42,180 nucleotides of DNA. It comes from a virus. The number at the start of each line of letters is the position of its first letter. The first letter of the stretch is position 1. The notes under the pieces are model-generated. The model saw only the letters and a program-made list of their open reading frames with translations. It did not search any database and was not told where the DNA came from. This document shows positions 19,079-25,661 of the stretch, in pieces. A program made the position numbers and the translations under genes. Where the stretch lies: positions 1 through 42,180 of IMG/VR virus record IMGVR_UViG_3300045988_015372. One strand, 5' to 3'.

Positions 19079-19288
19079 ATGCGGCGCGGCTGGCCAGACT
19101 TGCCGCGCAGCGAGTGGGAGCGTTTGATCTCTGAATGGATTCTAAATGATTCGTACCGCGACATTATGCGGCGCTACCTCTGCGACGGATGGACGCAGGA
19201 ACGGATCGCGGAGCACGAGGGGCTGTCCCTCAACGGTACAAAAAACATCATCAAGCGGTGCACGAACGCGCTTTCCGCGCACATGTAA
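19079..19288 (+). CDS. Sigma-70 region-4-like HTH mini-protein (69 aa)
   Basis: RBS AAAGGAGG overlaps the amidase 3' end. Segment YRDIMRRYLCDGWTQERIAEHEGLSLNGTKNIIKRCTNAL resembles sigma-70 region 4 / LuxR-type HTH. Confidence 0.5.
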   Translation: MRRGWPDLPRSEWERLISEWILNDSYRDIMRRYLCDGWTQERIAEHEGLSLNGTKNIIKRCTNALSAHM

Positions 19289-19290
19289 AC

Positions 19291-19327
19291 AGGCAGACAC
19301 GGCATGCGCTGTGTCTGCCTCTTTTTT
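19291..19327 (+). terminator. Rho-independent terminator
   Basis: Stem aggcagacac / gtgtctgcct with a 10-nt loop, followed by cttttttg. Confidence 0.7.
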
Positions 19328-19440
19328 GTGCCTTTTTTGGCCTTTTTCTGGCCCGGACGTTGGCTGTTTCGTGACGGACTTTTCCATCATACTGAGCATA
19401 GGAGCTGGCCAGTTCACTACATTTTTTGGAGGGAAACTCT

Positions 19441-19935
19441 ATGGAATACGCAAGCAACGGCAAGGCCAATGCGGCCCTGACCACTGGTATCATCGGCACG
19501 GCGGGCTTCGGCGCGCAGCTGCTCGGCAATCTGCTCGGCGGCTGGGGCATGGCCCCGGCGGCGATGTGCAGCGAGAACACGCCGGTCACGCGCTACACCC
19601 TCGATCAGCAGAATACGATCTCGGAGAAGAATATGGAGATCGCCTACTGGCGCGGGCAGGACGAGACCAACCGGAAGATCTCTGAATCCTACAGCAAACT
19701 CGAAAACCGTTTGATCGGTCTTGCGGCGGAAGTACGCGCGAACAAGGATGAGCAGGTGGCCATCAACATGCAGCAGGCCGTGTACAACGGCACCAACACT
19801 GCGACGATCAGCTGCATCCAGAACCAGGTGAATCAGCTGCTCGGGCTGACAAAGCTCGTCGTGCCGAACGCCTCCGTGTGCCCCGGCTGGGGTGCTGCGA
19901 AGGTGACGGTTGAGCCTGCGACGGCGACGACCTAA
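19441..19935 (+). CDS. Hypothetical protein with a Gly-zipper hydrophobic N-terminus (moron candidate)
   Basis: RBS GGAGGG precedes ATG 19441. Terminators on both sides. N-terminal hydrophobic segment ALTTGIIGTAGFGAQLLGNLLGGWG. Confidence 0.55.
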   Translation: MEYASNGKANAALTTGIIGTAGFGAQLLGNLLGGWGMAPAAMCSENTPVTRYTLDQQNTISEKNMEIAYWRGQDETNRKISESYSKLENRLIGLAAEVRANKDEQVAINMQQAVYNGTNTATISCIQNQVNQLLGLTKLVVPNASVCPGWGAAKVTVEPATATT

Positions 19936-19942
19936 ACAAAAA

Positions 19943-19962
19943 GGGGCGGCAATAGCCGCCCC
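19943..19962. terminator. GC hairpin ggggcggc-aata-gccgcccc; the T-run lies on the minus-strand side (terminator for leftward transcription, possibly bidirectional)
   Basis: Perfect 8-bp stem. A-run before it on the + strand equals a T-run after it on the minus strand. Confidence 0.5.
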
Positions 19963-19986
19963 ACATTAAAATGGAGGTAAACCAAT

Positions 19987-20325
19987 ATGGTGACGATAGA
20001 TCAGGCCATGCGAGGCGCGGCAAAATTCGCAGACAATGAGATCATTCCCCATCTGCCAATGGGCAAGGGCATTGGAGCCGGAATCGCGCTGGCGCTTATC
20101 ATGGATGGCGGCAAGGCGCAGCTGCTCAAGCTGCGTGAAAATCCGGCGGTGCAGATGATGGGCGTGATGGACGAGGCCGGGAACATCGACCTTGAACGGC
20201 TCTATAATGCGGCAAGGCCGCGCTTTGACGGCCAGAAGCTGCCGATCACGGTGCCGATCATTGGCGAGCTGCGCTTTGACGTGGGCGATCTCGACAAGCT
20301 TTACAGATACATTCAGGAGGCGTGA
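19987..20325 (+). CDS. Hypothetical protein (112 aa)
   Basis: RBS GGAGGT precedes ATG 19987. Translationally coupled to the next gene. Confidence 0.55.
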   Translation: MVTIDQAMRGAAKFADNEIIPHLPMGKGIGAGIALALIMDGGKAQLLKLRENPAVQMMGVMDEAGNIDLERLYNAARPRFDGQKLPITVPIIGELRFDVGDLDKLYRYIQEA

Positions 20326-20326
20326 C

Positions 20327-20788
20327 ATGGGAAAAGAGCATTATATCGAAGAACTGAAACGGCAGCTGCATGATCTCATGCAGCGCCAGGTGACACTTGG
20401 CCGCGCGGAAGAAATCACGGTGTACGCGGATGCCATTTGTGCGCTGCGCCGCATGGACGGGCACGACGAGGCCGAGGGCTTTACCGAGGACGATGCCAAA
20501 GCATGGACGGCCAAGATGGAGAACGAGGACGGCACGACCGGCCCGCACTGGACGATGGGTCAGACGGACGCCGTAGCCAACGTCACGGGCGTCCATGAGA
20601 AGTCCTGCGTCTGGTGGGCGGCAATGAACATGATGTACTCGGATTATTATTCCGTGGCGGCAAAATACGGCCTTGACCGGCCAGAATTCTATGCCGACCT
20701 TGCAAAAGCCTTCCTCATGGATAAGGATTCCGGAGGCCCAGAGGCGAAGATGGCCGGGTATTATCATGGGATTGTGAAGCGGGACTGA
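20327..20788 (+). CDS. Hypothetical protein (153 aa)
   Basis: RBS GGAGGCG precedes ATG 20327, 1 nt after the upstream stop. The ORF track start at 20192 was rejected. Confidence 0.55.
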   Translation: MGKEHYIEELKRQLHDLMQRQVTLGRAEEITVYADAICALRRMDGHDEAEGFTEDDAKAWTAKMENEDGTTGPHWTMGQTDAVANVTGVHEKSCVWWAAMNMMYSDYYSVAAKYGLDRPEFYADLAKAFLMDKDSGGPEAKMAGYYHGIVKRD

Positions 20789-21060
20789 TTCGTTAGCATT
20801 TTCCATTAGCATTTTGTTGTCAAAATCGCTAATGAACTTGCTCTAATCTATTACTGGTTGTCAAAGAAATTGACAGCATAAAACGGAGATATCCATTGAG
20901 AATAAAAGAAAAACCAGCAATCTCAATCGATTGCTGGTTTCCTTTTAGGTGGCAGGGGATGAGGGATTCGAACACTGATATAAAGCAATAAAACCGTTGA
21001 AAAATCAAGCGGTATTTTCTGCGTTAGCATTTTCGTTAGCATTTTTATAAAAATTCGTCA
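20789..21060. other. attP region: core resembling a tRNA 3' end (20947..20975, minus strand GTGTTCGAATCCCTCATCCCCTGCCACC), flanked by direct repeats GTTAGCATTTT (20792, 20805, 21024, 21036) as candidate integrase arm sites
   Basis: AT-rich non-coding stretch adjacent to int. The TTCGAATCC(stem)(acceptor)G-CCA pattern reads like a T-loop through the CCA end of a tRNA. TTAGCATTTT-type repeats occur on both sides of the core. Confidence 0.5.
20912..20948. terminator. Bidirectional rho-independent terminator (aaccagcaatc ... gattgctggtt)
   Basis: 11-bp stem with A-run upstream and T-run downstream. Lies between the convergent + strand gene 20327..20788 and the minus-strand integrase operon. Confidence 0.65.
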
Positions 21061-22057
21061 TCGCATTTGCCGCCTTGATTCGGTCGATTTTTGCAATGTG
21101 TGTATAAATCCCGCGCACAGTCTGGATGTCAGACCACCCGCCGAACTCCATTGTCTGCAAATCGGAGAATCCAAGATGATAAGCGAGAGACGCAAAGCTA
21201 TGGCGAAGTCCATGCGCGCCGACGTTCGGAATCCCGAGAATATTGCAGACGTCTTCCATTGTTCGATATAAGCCGCAAGGGGGACCTTCCCACACTGGGC
21301 CGGATTTCTTTCCGGCCCTTTTTACGGCTGCTTCAAGCTGCGGAATCATGATCGGAATGACACGCTCACTCTCGACAGTCTTGTTTACATCGCGGGAGAC
21401 AATTTTATTATCCTTGTCCTGTACGGCGGCTCCGTGGACTGTGATAGTCTTATTCTTCAAGTCAATATCTGAATAGTCAAGCCCCATGATCTCCGAACGG
21501 CGGAGCGAATGGAGAGCAAGAAGGGCAGGAATTTCGTATTTGCGTCCTTCCAGCAGCGGAATGACTTTCAGAATTTCTTCCGGCTGCAAGAACGGGCGCT
21601 CTTTGGATTTCTTTTTCTGCTTGGGAAGTGTGACGTCCGGTTCTGCTGCACCGGAAGCGCGTAGGCAGGAGCACAGGAAACTCCAAGAGTTCTTTGCAGT
21701 CTTATAAGAATATTTCTGGTATGTAGCATCTACAACGGACTGCCAGTTTATATCAGACGGCTTTTTCTCGAGAATGTCGTTGAATCTGTGTCGCTGGATG
21801 ATGTCATAGCCGCGAATCGTCGAAGGGGACGTATCGCCCGGCAAGGAATCAACATAATCTTTCATGATCTGCTTGATGGTATTCTTTGATTTCGGCGCTA
21901 TGACGCGCGTCTCCGCCCGGTGTTCGGCTTTTATGAGCTGGGCTTGACGGATACACTCTTTCTTTGTTGAGGCGGACACGGGGACGCTGACGCCGTTCAG
22001 ACGCATTTGGATGAACCATGTGCCGCTGGGAAGCTTGCGCGGTTCCGGGACTTTCAT
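21005..22057 (-). CDS. int: Tyrosine integrase (phage integrase family)
   Basis: C-terminal catalytic region GAHGLRHSFASLAYHLGFSDLQTMEFGGWSDIQTVRGIYTHI carries the R...HxxR...Y signature. Lies next to the attP-like region. Confidence 0.85.
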   Translation of the reverse strand: MKVPEPRKLPSGTWFIQMRLNGVSVPVSASTKKECIRQAQLIKAEHRAETRVIAPKSKNTIKQIMKDYVDSLPGDTSPSTIRGYDIIQRHRFNDILEKKPSDINWQSVVDATYQKYSYKTAKNSWSFLCSCLRASGAAEPDVTLPKQKKKSKERPFLQPEEILKVIPLLEGRKYEIPALLALHSLRRSEIMGLDYSDIDLKNKTITVHGAAVQDKDNKIVSRDVNKTVESERVIPIMIPQLEAAVKRAGKKSGPVWEGPPCGLYRTMEDVCNILGIPNVGAHGLRHSFASLAYHLGFSDLQTMEFGGWSDIQTVRGIYTHIAKIDRIKAANAMTNFYKNANENANAENTA

Positions 22058-22065
22058 TTTCTCAC

Positions 22066-22467
22066 CTAGATTCTGATTGGTATTTTCACAATGCTTTGCA
22101 GATGGTCGCGCACCCAGCCGATATTAGGACTGAGCAGATCGACGAGCAGGAGTATCCCGGCCAGAAAGATAATGCCGAGCAGCGCGGCGATGATCTTTCG
22201 CTTTAACTTCATGGATTGCTGGCAGAACGCGACCGTTTGACGTAGGTGCTTAATTTCCTGCTGTGCGTCGTGAAGCTCCTGCGGGATATCAGATTCCTGT
22301 GGAACATCATCCGGATGGATGTCAAAAAAGCGGTCGAGCGAGATATGCAGGAGGCGACAGACAGGGCCTACAGTGTCGATTCCGGGATTTAATATTTCCC
22401 CACGCATGAATTGACCAATGTTTTTCAGAGACTTTCCGGAGGCGTTAGCCAAATCTTGATAGGTCAT
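22066..22467 (-). CDS. Membrane-anchored XRE-family HTH regulator (134 aa; N-terminal HTH, C-terminal TM helix)
   Basis: Start taken at MTYQDLANASGKSL (ATG 22467, RBS AAGGAAAG), not at the upstream Met of the ORF track. HTH segment LANASGKSLKNIGQFMRGE; TM segment IIAALLGIIFLAGILLLVDLL. Confidence 0.6.
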   Translation of the reverse strand: MTYQDLANASGKSLKNIGQFMRGEILNPGIDTVGPVCRLLHISLDRFFDIHPDDVPQESDIPQELHDAQQEIKHLRQTVAFCQQSMKLKRKIIAALLGIIFLAGILLLVDLLSPNIGWVRDHLQSIVKIPIRI

Positions 22468-22818
22468 GTTCGGATAGCGGCTTTCCTTCTTGTTTCGACA
22501 AATTTCAGACAAATCTTGCTTCAAAAAACGACTTCCTTTCAAAAAAAGCACTTCTATGGGAACAAAAAAGGACCTTACGGTTATCGACAAATCACCTTTC
22601 CGAGGTGTAATCTGTACTTGCAAGCAAGCTCCCACTCGCTTGCGGCAAGCCGAAGCCCCGCCGCCGGGGAGATTCGACGGCGGGGTGATTCACAGTTAAG
22701 AAATCCGACCGTAGAAAAAATAGCCGCGATTTTGTATAGGCTGATGATTGATATATTGAAACGAATGTTTTAGAATGACGGTATGCACAACAGAAGCGGA
22801 GAGAGGAAGGAACGGAAG

Positions 22819-22938
22819 ATGGATAGAGAAGAATTGATCGATCACATTAAATCTGGACTGGAAGAACTGAGCGCGGCGGAACTCATCGAGGTTTATTCCT
22901 GCTGCGTATTACATCATTACCTCGTCTCCCACCAATAG
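22819..22938 (+). CDS. 39-aa ORF with a strong RBS (possible small gene or 5' remnant of a decayed gene)
   Basis: RBS GAGAGGAAGGAACGGAAG precedes ATG 22819. The product MDREELIDHIKSGLEELSAAELIEVYS reads like a genuine N-terminus. Overlaps the 3' end of the minus-strand gene by 22 nt. Confidence 0.25.
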   Translation: MDREELIDHIKSGLEELSAAELIEVYSCCVLHHYLVSHQ

Positions 22939-23936
22939 TGCTCACTTGTGCGTATATCCGCGCGAATGATTTCATCTAAGCTACTGTATTTACTCGTGAA
23001 ATCCATATACGCATAATACCATGTTATATCAAAATGCGGGTTGCAAACCCTGCACGGGCGCATGTGATACTTTTCAACAGTTGCAGCATTTACCGGATGT
23101 GCGACGTTTGCATATCGGCATCCGGAAGAATGATAGATATTTTGGTTGGATGAATAAAACGTGTATATGTCATAAATGGTAGAGTGCGGCAAACCATCCT
23201 CTCCAACATAACACCCGTTGGGAATTCCGGTAGCACGGCCAATGGCTGTGAAATATTCCACACGGTGCTCTCGCTGAAATTTGCGTGTACGAACGGTTAA
23301 ATCTGTAATGTAGGTTTTAAGATAATTCGTGCAAATCTGAACAAGCCCGTCGTAGAGGCGTTTCCTGCCACATATCGCATCGTACTGTGCACGAAGTTCT
23401 TCACACATTGCAGACCGCGCAAGGCGTAAAGAATCATATTCTTCCTTATTTTGATCGGTCGGAAGAATAATATTTAGATCTCTCATGCACTGATTAAGTG
23501 TTGCGAGCCGCTCTTTCTTCCGGCGGAATGGATTTGGAATTTTGGAAATGACAAAGTCTATTCCATCTTGGACAAAAGGAATCTTGGTAAACGGGATAAG
23601 AATGATAGCGAGTGACATCATAATCACCCAAACCGGAATCTTCGGTTCGTTTTTTTCTGACGCTGGTGTAGAAGATGCGGCGGACGCATTCGCGCTCTTA
23701 GATGAAGAAGTCCCAGATCTGGCTCCTGTTTGATCGTCGAAATTATATGGGCAGTCGGCTTTGCCGTCGCCGTCTAAATCAGTGTGCTGATGTGCTCTAT
23801 ATCCGTGATGATAATGATATTCTCCGGTTGCGCTATCATAATGTCCGCCGCGACCGTCTGTGCGACCCGGATGTGCGGAGGCAACGGACAGTAATAAAAG
23901 TGCCATGATCATGCAAAGAGAAAATTTCTTTATCAT
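22917..23936 (-). CDS. Transmembrane protein: signal peptide, extracellular His-rich YHYHHGY plus Excalibur-like Ca-binding motif (DLDGDGKADC), one TM helix, Cys-rich cytoplasmic domain
   Basis: Hydrophobic N-terminus MIMALLLLSVASA. DxDGDG..C motif. Second hydrophobic helix IPVWVIMMSLAIILIPF. C-terminal CxxC pair. AT-rich codon usage relative to the rest of the genome. Confidence 0.6.
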   Translation of the reverse strand: MIKKFSLCMIMALLLLSVASAHPGRTDGRGGHYDSATGEYHYHHGYRAHQHTDLDGDGKADCPYNFDDQTGARSGTSSSKSANASAASSTPASEKNEPKIPVWVIMMSLAIILIPFTKIPFVQDGIDFVISKIPNPFRRKKERLATLNQCMRDLNIILPTDQNKEEYDSLRLARSAMCEELRAQYDAICGRKRLYDGLVQICTNYLKTYITDLTVRTRKFQREHRVEYFTAIGRATGIPNGCYVGEDGLPHSTIYDIYTFYSSNQNIYHSSGCRYANVAHPVNAATVEKYHMRPCRVCNPHFDITWYYAYMDFTSKYSSLDEIIRADIRTSEHYWWETR

Positions 23937-23987
23937 ATATCATCCACCCGAAACAACTGTAACATGAGACGTAGAAAGGAACCAGAA

Positions 23988-24128
23988 ATGAAAGAGCAAG
24001 AAGCGAGAAAAATAATTGCAAAACTTACATACGAAGAAAAAGTGCGGCTCAACGAGATGCTAAAATCCCTTGAACAAATGCGTCAACCTTTGCAGCCTCT
24101 TCCGGCGTCAAGAGCGCGAGACGTCTGA
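23988..24128 (+). CDS. 46-aa ORF antisense to the 3' end of the repressor gene, followed by an intrinsic terminator (candidate antisense transcription unit)
   Basis: RBS GAAAGGAACCAGAA precedes ATG 23988. Stop at 24126-24128. A strong + strand terminator lies 21 nt downstream, inside the cI coding region. Confidence 0.3.
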   Translation: MKEQEARKIIAKLTYEEKVRLNEMLKSLEQMRQPLQPLPASRARDV

Positions 24129-24387
24129 TCAATTCTTCATCTAAAGCGGCCTCGGCACTGTGATCAGTGCTGGGGCTTTTTTTTATGCCCTTTTCGTCCG
24201 CCTCTCCGGTCAGCTCAGCGACGGTCACGCCGAGCGCGGACGCGACGGCAGAAAGATTTGCGTAATTGGGTACTCGTCCATTTTTACCCCATTTCCCAAT
24301 TGTGCCGTTCCCAAGGTTCAGCTCCTTTTCGAGCTTATACATTGATGTGCCTTTTTCCTTGCACAGAGCCTTAATTTTTTCAACCAT
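24049..24387 (-). CDS. cI-like repressor (XRE-family HTH, 112 aa)
   Basis: HTH segment LCKEKGTSMYKLEKELNLGNGTIGKWGKNGRVPNYANLSAVASALGVTVAEL. Divergent from a Cro-like gene across a 290-bp AT-rich switch region. Confidence 0.75.
   Translation of the reverse strand: MVEKIKALCKEKGTSMYKLEKELNLGNGTIGKWGKNGRVPNYANLSAVASALGVTVAELTGEADEKGIKKSPSTDHSAEAALDEELIRRLALLTPEEAAKVDAFVQGILASR
24149..24184 (+). terminator. Rho-independent terminator on the + strand, embedded antisense within the cI-like gene
   Basis: 12-bp stem gcctcggcactg / cagtgctggggc with 2 G-U pairs and loop tgat, immediately followed by TTTTTTTT. Confidence 0.6.
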
Positions 24388-24674
24388 AATACACCTTGAA
24401 AAATAATAGACATAAATCCGAAAATAATGCTTGACATTCTGACATAAGTCTAATATACTTAGACTTACAGGGACAACAAAACACCACCCCGTCCTTGACA
24501 GGCTTTGAAAAACGCTATTTTGTTACCCAATTCAATATTAGCCCGAAATCTAAAGAATGTCAAGAGCGTGGACGGGTCCCCCGGCAAAAAACAAAAAAAT
24601 TTCTCATCTATGATGAGAAAAAGAGATTTGTCTATTGACAAATCTACGACACATTGAAAGGAGGCGGCCAAAGG
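24388..24674. promoter_or_regulatory. Lysis-lysogeny switch region: divergent promoters plus palindromic operator candidates
   Basis: TTGACA-17nt-TATACT at 24431-24459. The -10 overlaps inverted repeat AGTCTA-N7-TAGACT. Perfect palindrome TTTCTCATC-TAT-GATGAGAAA at 24600-24620. TGTCTATTGACA at about 24629-24640. Confidence 0.55.
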
Positions 24675-24863
24675 TTGGTATATGACAATGTCAAGCGCAT
24701 GTGCGAAAAGCGAAAAATCAGCATTGCTGTACTGGAAAAAGAGTGCGGCATCGCAAACGGCACGATTGGAAAGTGGAATCTGCGAAAGAGTTCACCTTCT
24801 GTGGCGACGGTTCAGAAAATTGCAGATTATTTCGGTGTCACGGTTGGGTATCTGCTGAAATGA
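24675..24863 (+). CDS. Cro-like XRE-family HTH protein
   Basis: HTH segment ISIAVLEKECGIANGTIGKWNLRKSSPSVATVQKIADYFGVTVGYLL. RBS AAAGGAGG at 24657-24664. TTG 24675 or ATG 24699 as start. Confidence 0.6.
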   Translation: MVYDNVKRMCEKRKISIAVLEKECGIANGTIGKWNLRKSSPSVATVQKIADYFGVTVGYLLK

Positions 24864-24877
24864 AGGAGGAATGAGAA

Positions 24878-25117
24878 ATGCCGAAGCTGGCAGTCAAGCG
24901 GGACACGGATTACCGTCTGTCCGTGATGATTCACGGAGAGATGGGGGCGCAGAACGTGAAGCCGGAAAAGGCGGCGGAGTACGCCGGGGTTTCACGGCCT
25001 ACGCTTTACAATCTGCTCAAGCGGCCGACGGCGTACTTTCCGCAAACACTGCGCCTGATGCGGGCGCTGAGCATCCCAGTCGAGGAAATGCGGGCGGCAA
25101 TCAGCTACCCGTGGTAA
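24878..25117 (+). CDS. Small HTH DNA-binding protein (79 aa)
   Basis: RBS AAGGAGG precedes ATG 24878. HTH segment AAEYAGVSRPTLYNLLKRP. Confidence 0.6.
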   Translation: MPKLAVKRDTDYRLSVMIHGEMGAQNVKPEKAAEYAGVSRPTLYNLLKRPTAYFPQTLRLMRALSIPVEEMRAAISYPW

Positions 25118-25130
25118 AGGAGGAAGGAAT

Positions 25131-25310
25131 ATGATCTCAAAGAGAGAATGGTACGCCGCATTGCGGCGGACGATGAAGCGCGTGGCCCTGATTCTGGGGG
25201 GCGTGTTCATGATGGCGGCGTTCTTTTACTGGCTTGTGTGGGGCTTTCGCCTCGACGCGGCTGTGATGGCGACAATGTCTGTCGCGCTGGTGGGGTACGG
25301 GATGGCATGA
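25131..25310 (+). CDS. 59-aa two-TM membrane protein (below the ORF-track length cutoff)
   Basis: RBS AAGGAGGAAGG precedes ATG 25131. Product MISKREWYAALRRTMKRVALILGGVFMMAAFFYWLVWGFRLDAAVMATMSVALVGYGMA. Confidence 0.5.
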   Translation: MISKREWYAALRRTMKRVALILGGVFMMAAFFYWLVWGFRLDAAVMATMSVALVGYGMA

Positions 25311-25414
25311 TTGGCTGGATCTGTTATCTCGTCTCCCGGCTCAAGGCGGCGTGGAAAGCGCTGGAGGAAGCCGCAGAGAGGCAGAGGAACTATTGGGACG
25401 GTGACGACCAATGA
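25307..25414 (+). CDS. 35-aa ORF, ATGA-coupled to its neighbours
   Basis: ATG 25307 overlaps the stop of the upstream gene. Its own stop overlaps the next ATG (25411). Confidence 0.3.
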   Translation: MIGWICYLVSRLKAAWKALEEAAERQRNYWDGDDQ

Positions 25415-25653
25415 GATACCCGTGTTCAACGTGCCCGAAAAATGCGGATTGCCGCATGGGGCTAAGATGCGTGGACTGGCGGCGGTGGTTCGGCGTGACG
25501 TGGGACTATGATCTTCGCAAGGCCGCGCATGAGATAGAAAAAGCCGCCCATGTCGCTACACATGGACGGCCGGTGACAGACAATTTCGTTCCGTATCGAA
25601 AATATGTCTATGGCCATATTTTAACGGCTTGTTGGCGAAATGTCAACCATTAG
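25411..25653 (+). CDS. Small Cys-containing hypothetical protein (80 aa)
   Basis: ATGA coupling to the upstream ORF. Product contains CSTCPKNADC. Confidence 0.45.
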   Translation: MRYPCSTCPKNADCRMGLRCVDWRRWFGVTWDYDLRKAAHEIEKAAHVATHGRPVTDNFVPYRKYVYGHILTACWRNVNH

Positions 25654-25661
25654 GAGGAATT

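Noticed and set aside
19146-19685. The 179-aa + strand ORF spanning the terminator at 19291-19327, and the nested ORFs 19189..19374 and 19251..19589(-)
   Set aside because: It crosses a strong intrinsic terminator and two real genes in other frames. Arg-rich junk translation.
20947-20975. A possible tRNA gene (TTCGAATCC...CCA-like sequence)
   Set aside because: Only the T-loop-to-CCA portion is present. The upstream bases cannot form the T-stem or any D/anticodon arms. It was interpreted as an attP core, not a tRNA gene.
24871-25134. The 87-aa ORF in the alternative frame (MRNAEAGSQAGHG...)
   Set aside because: Gly/Arg/Ala-rich off-frame translation. The overlapping frame 24878..25117 has an RBS and an HTH motif.
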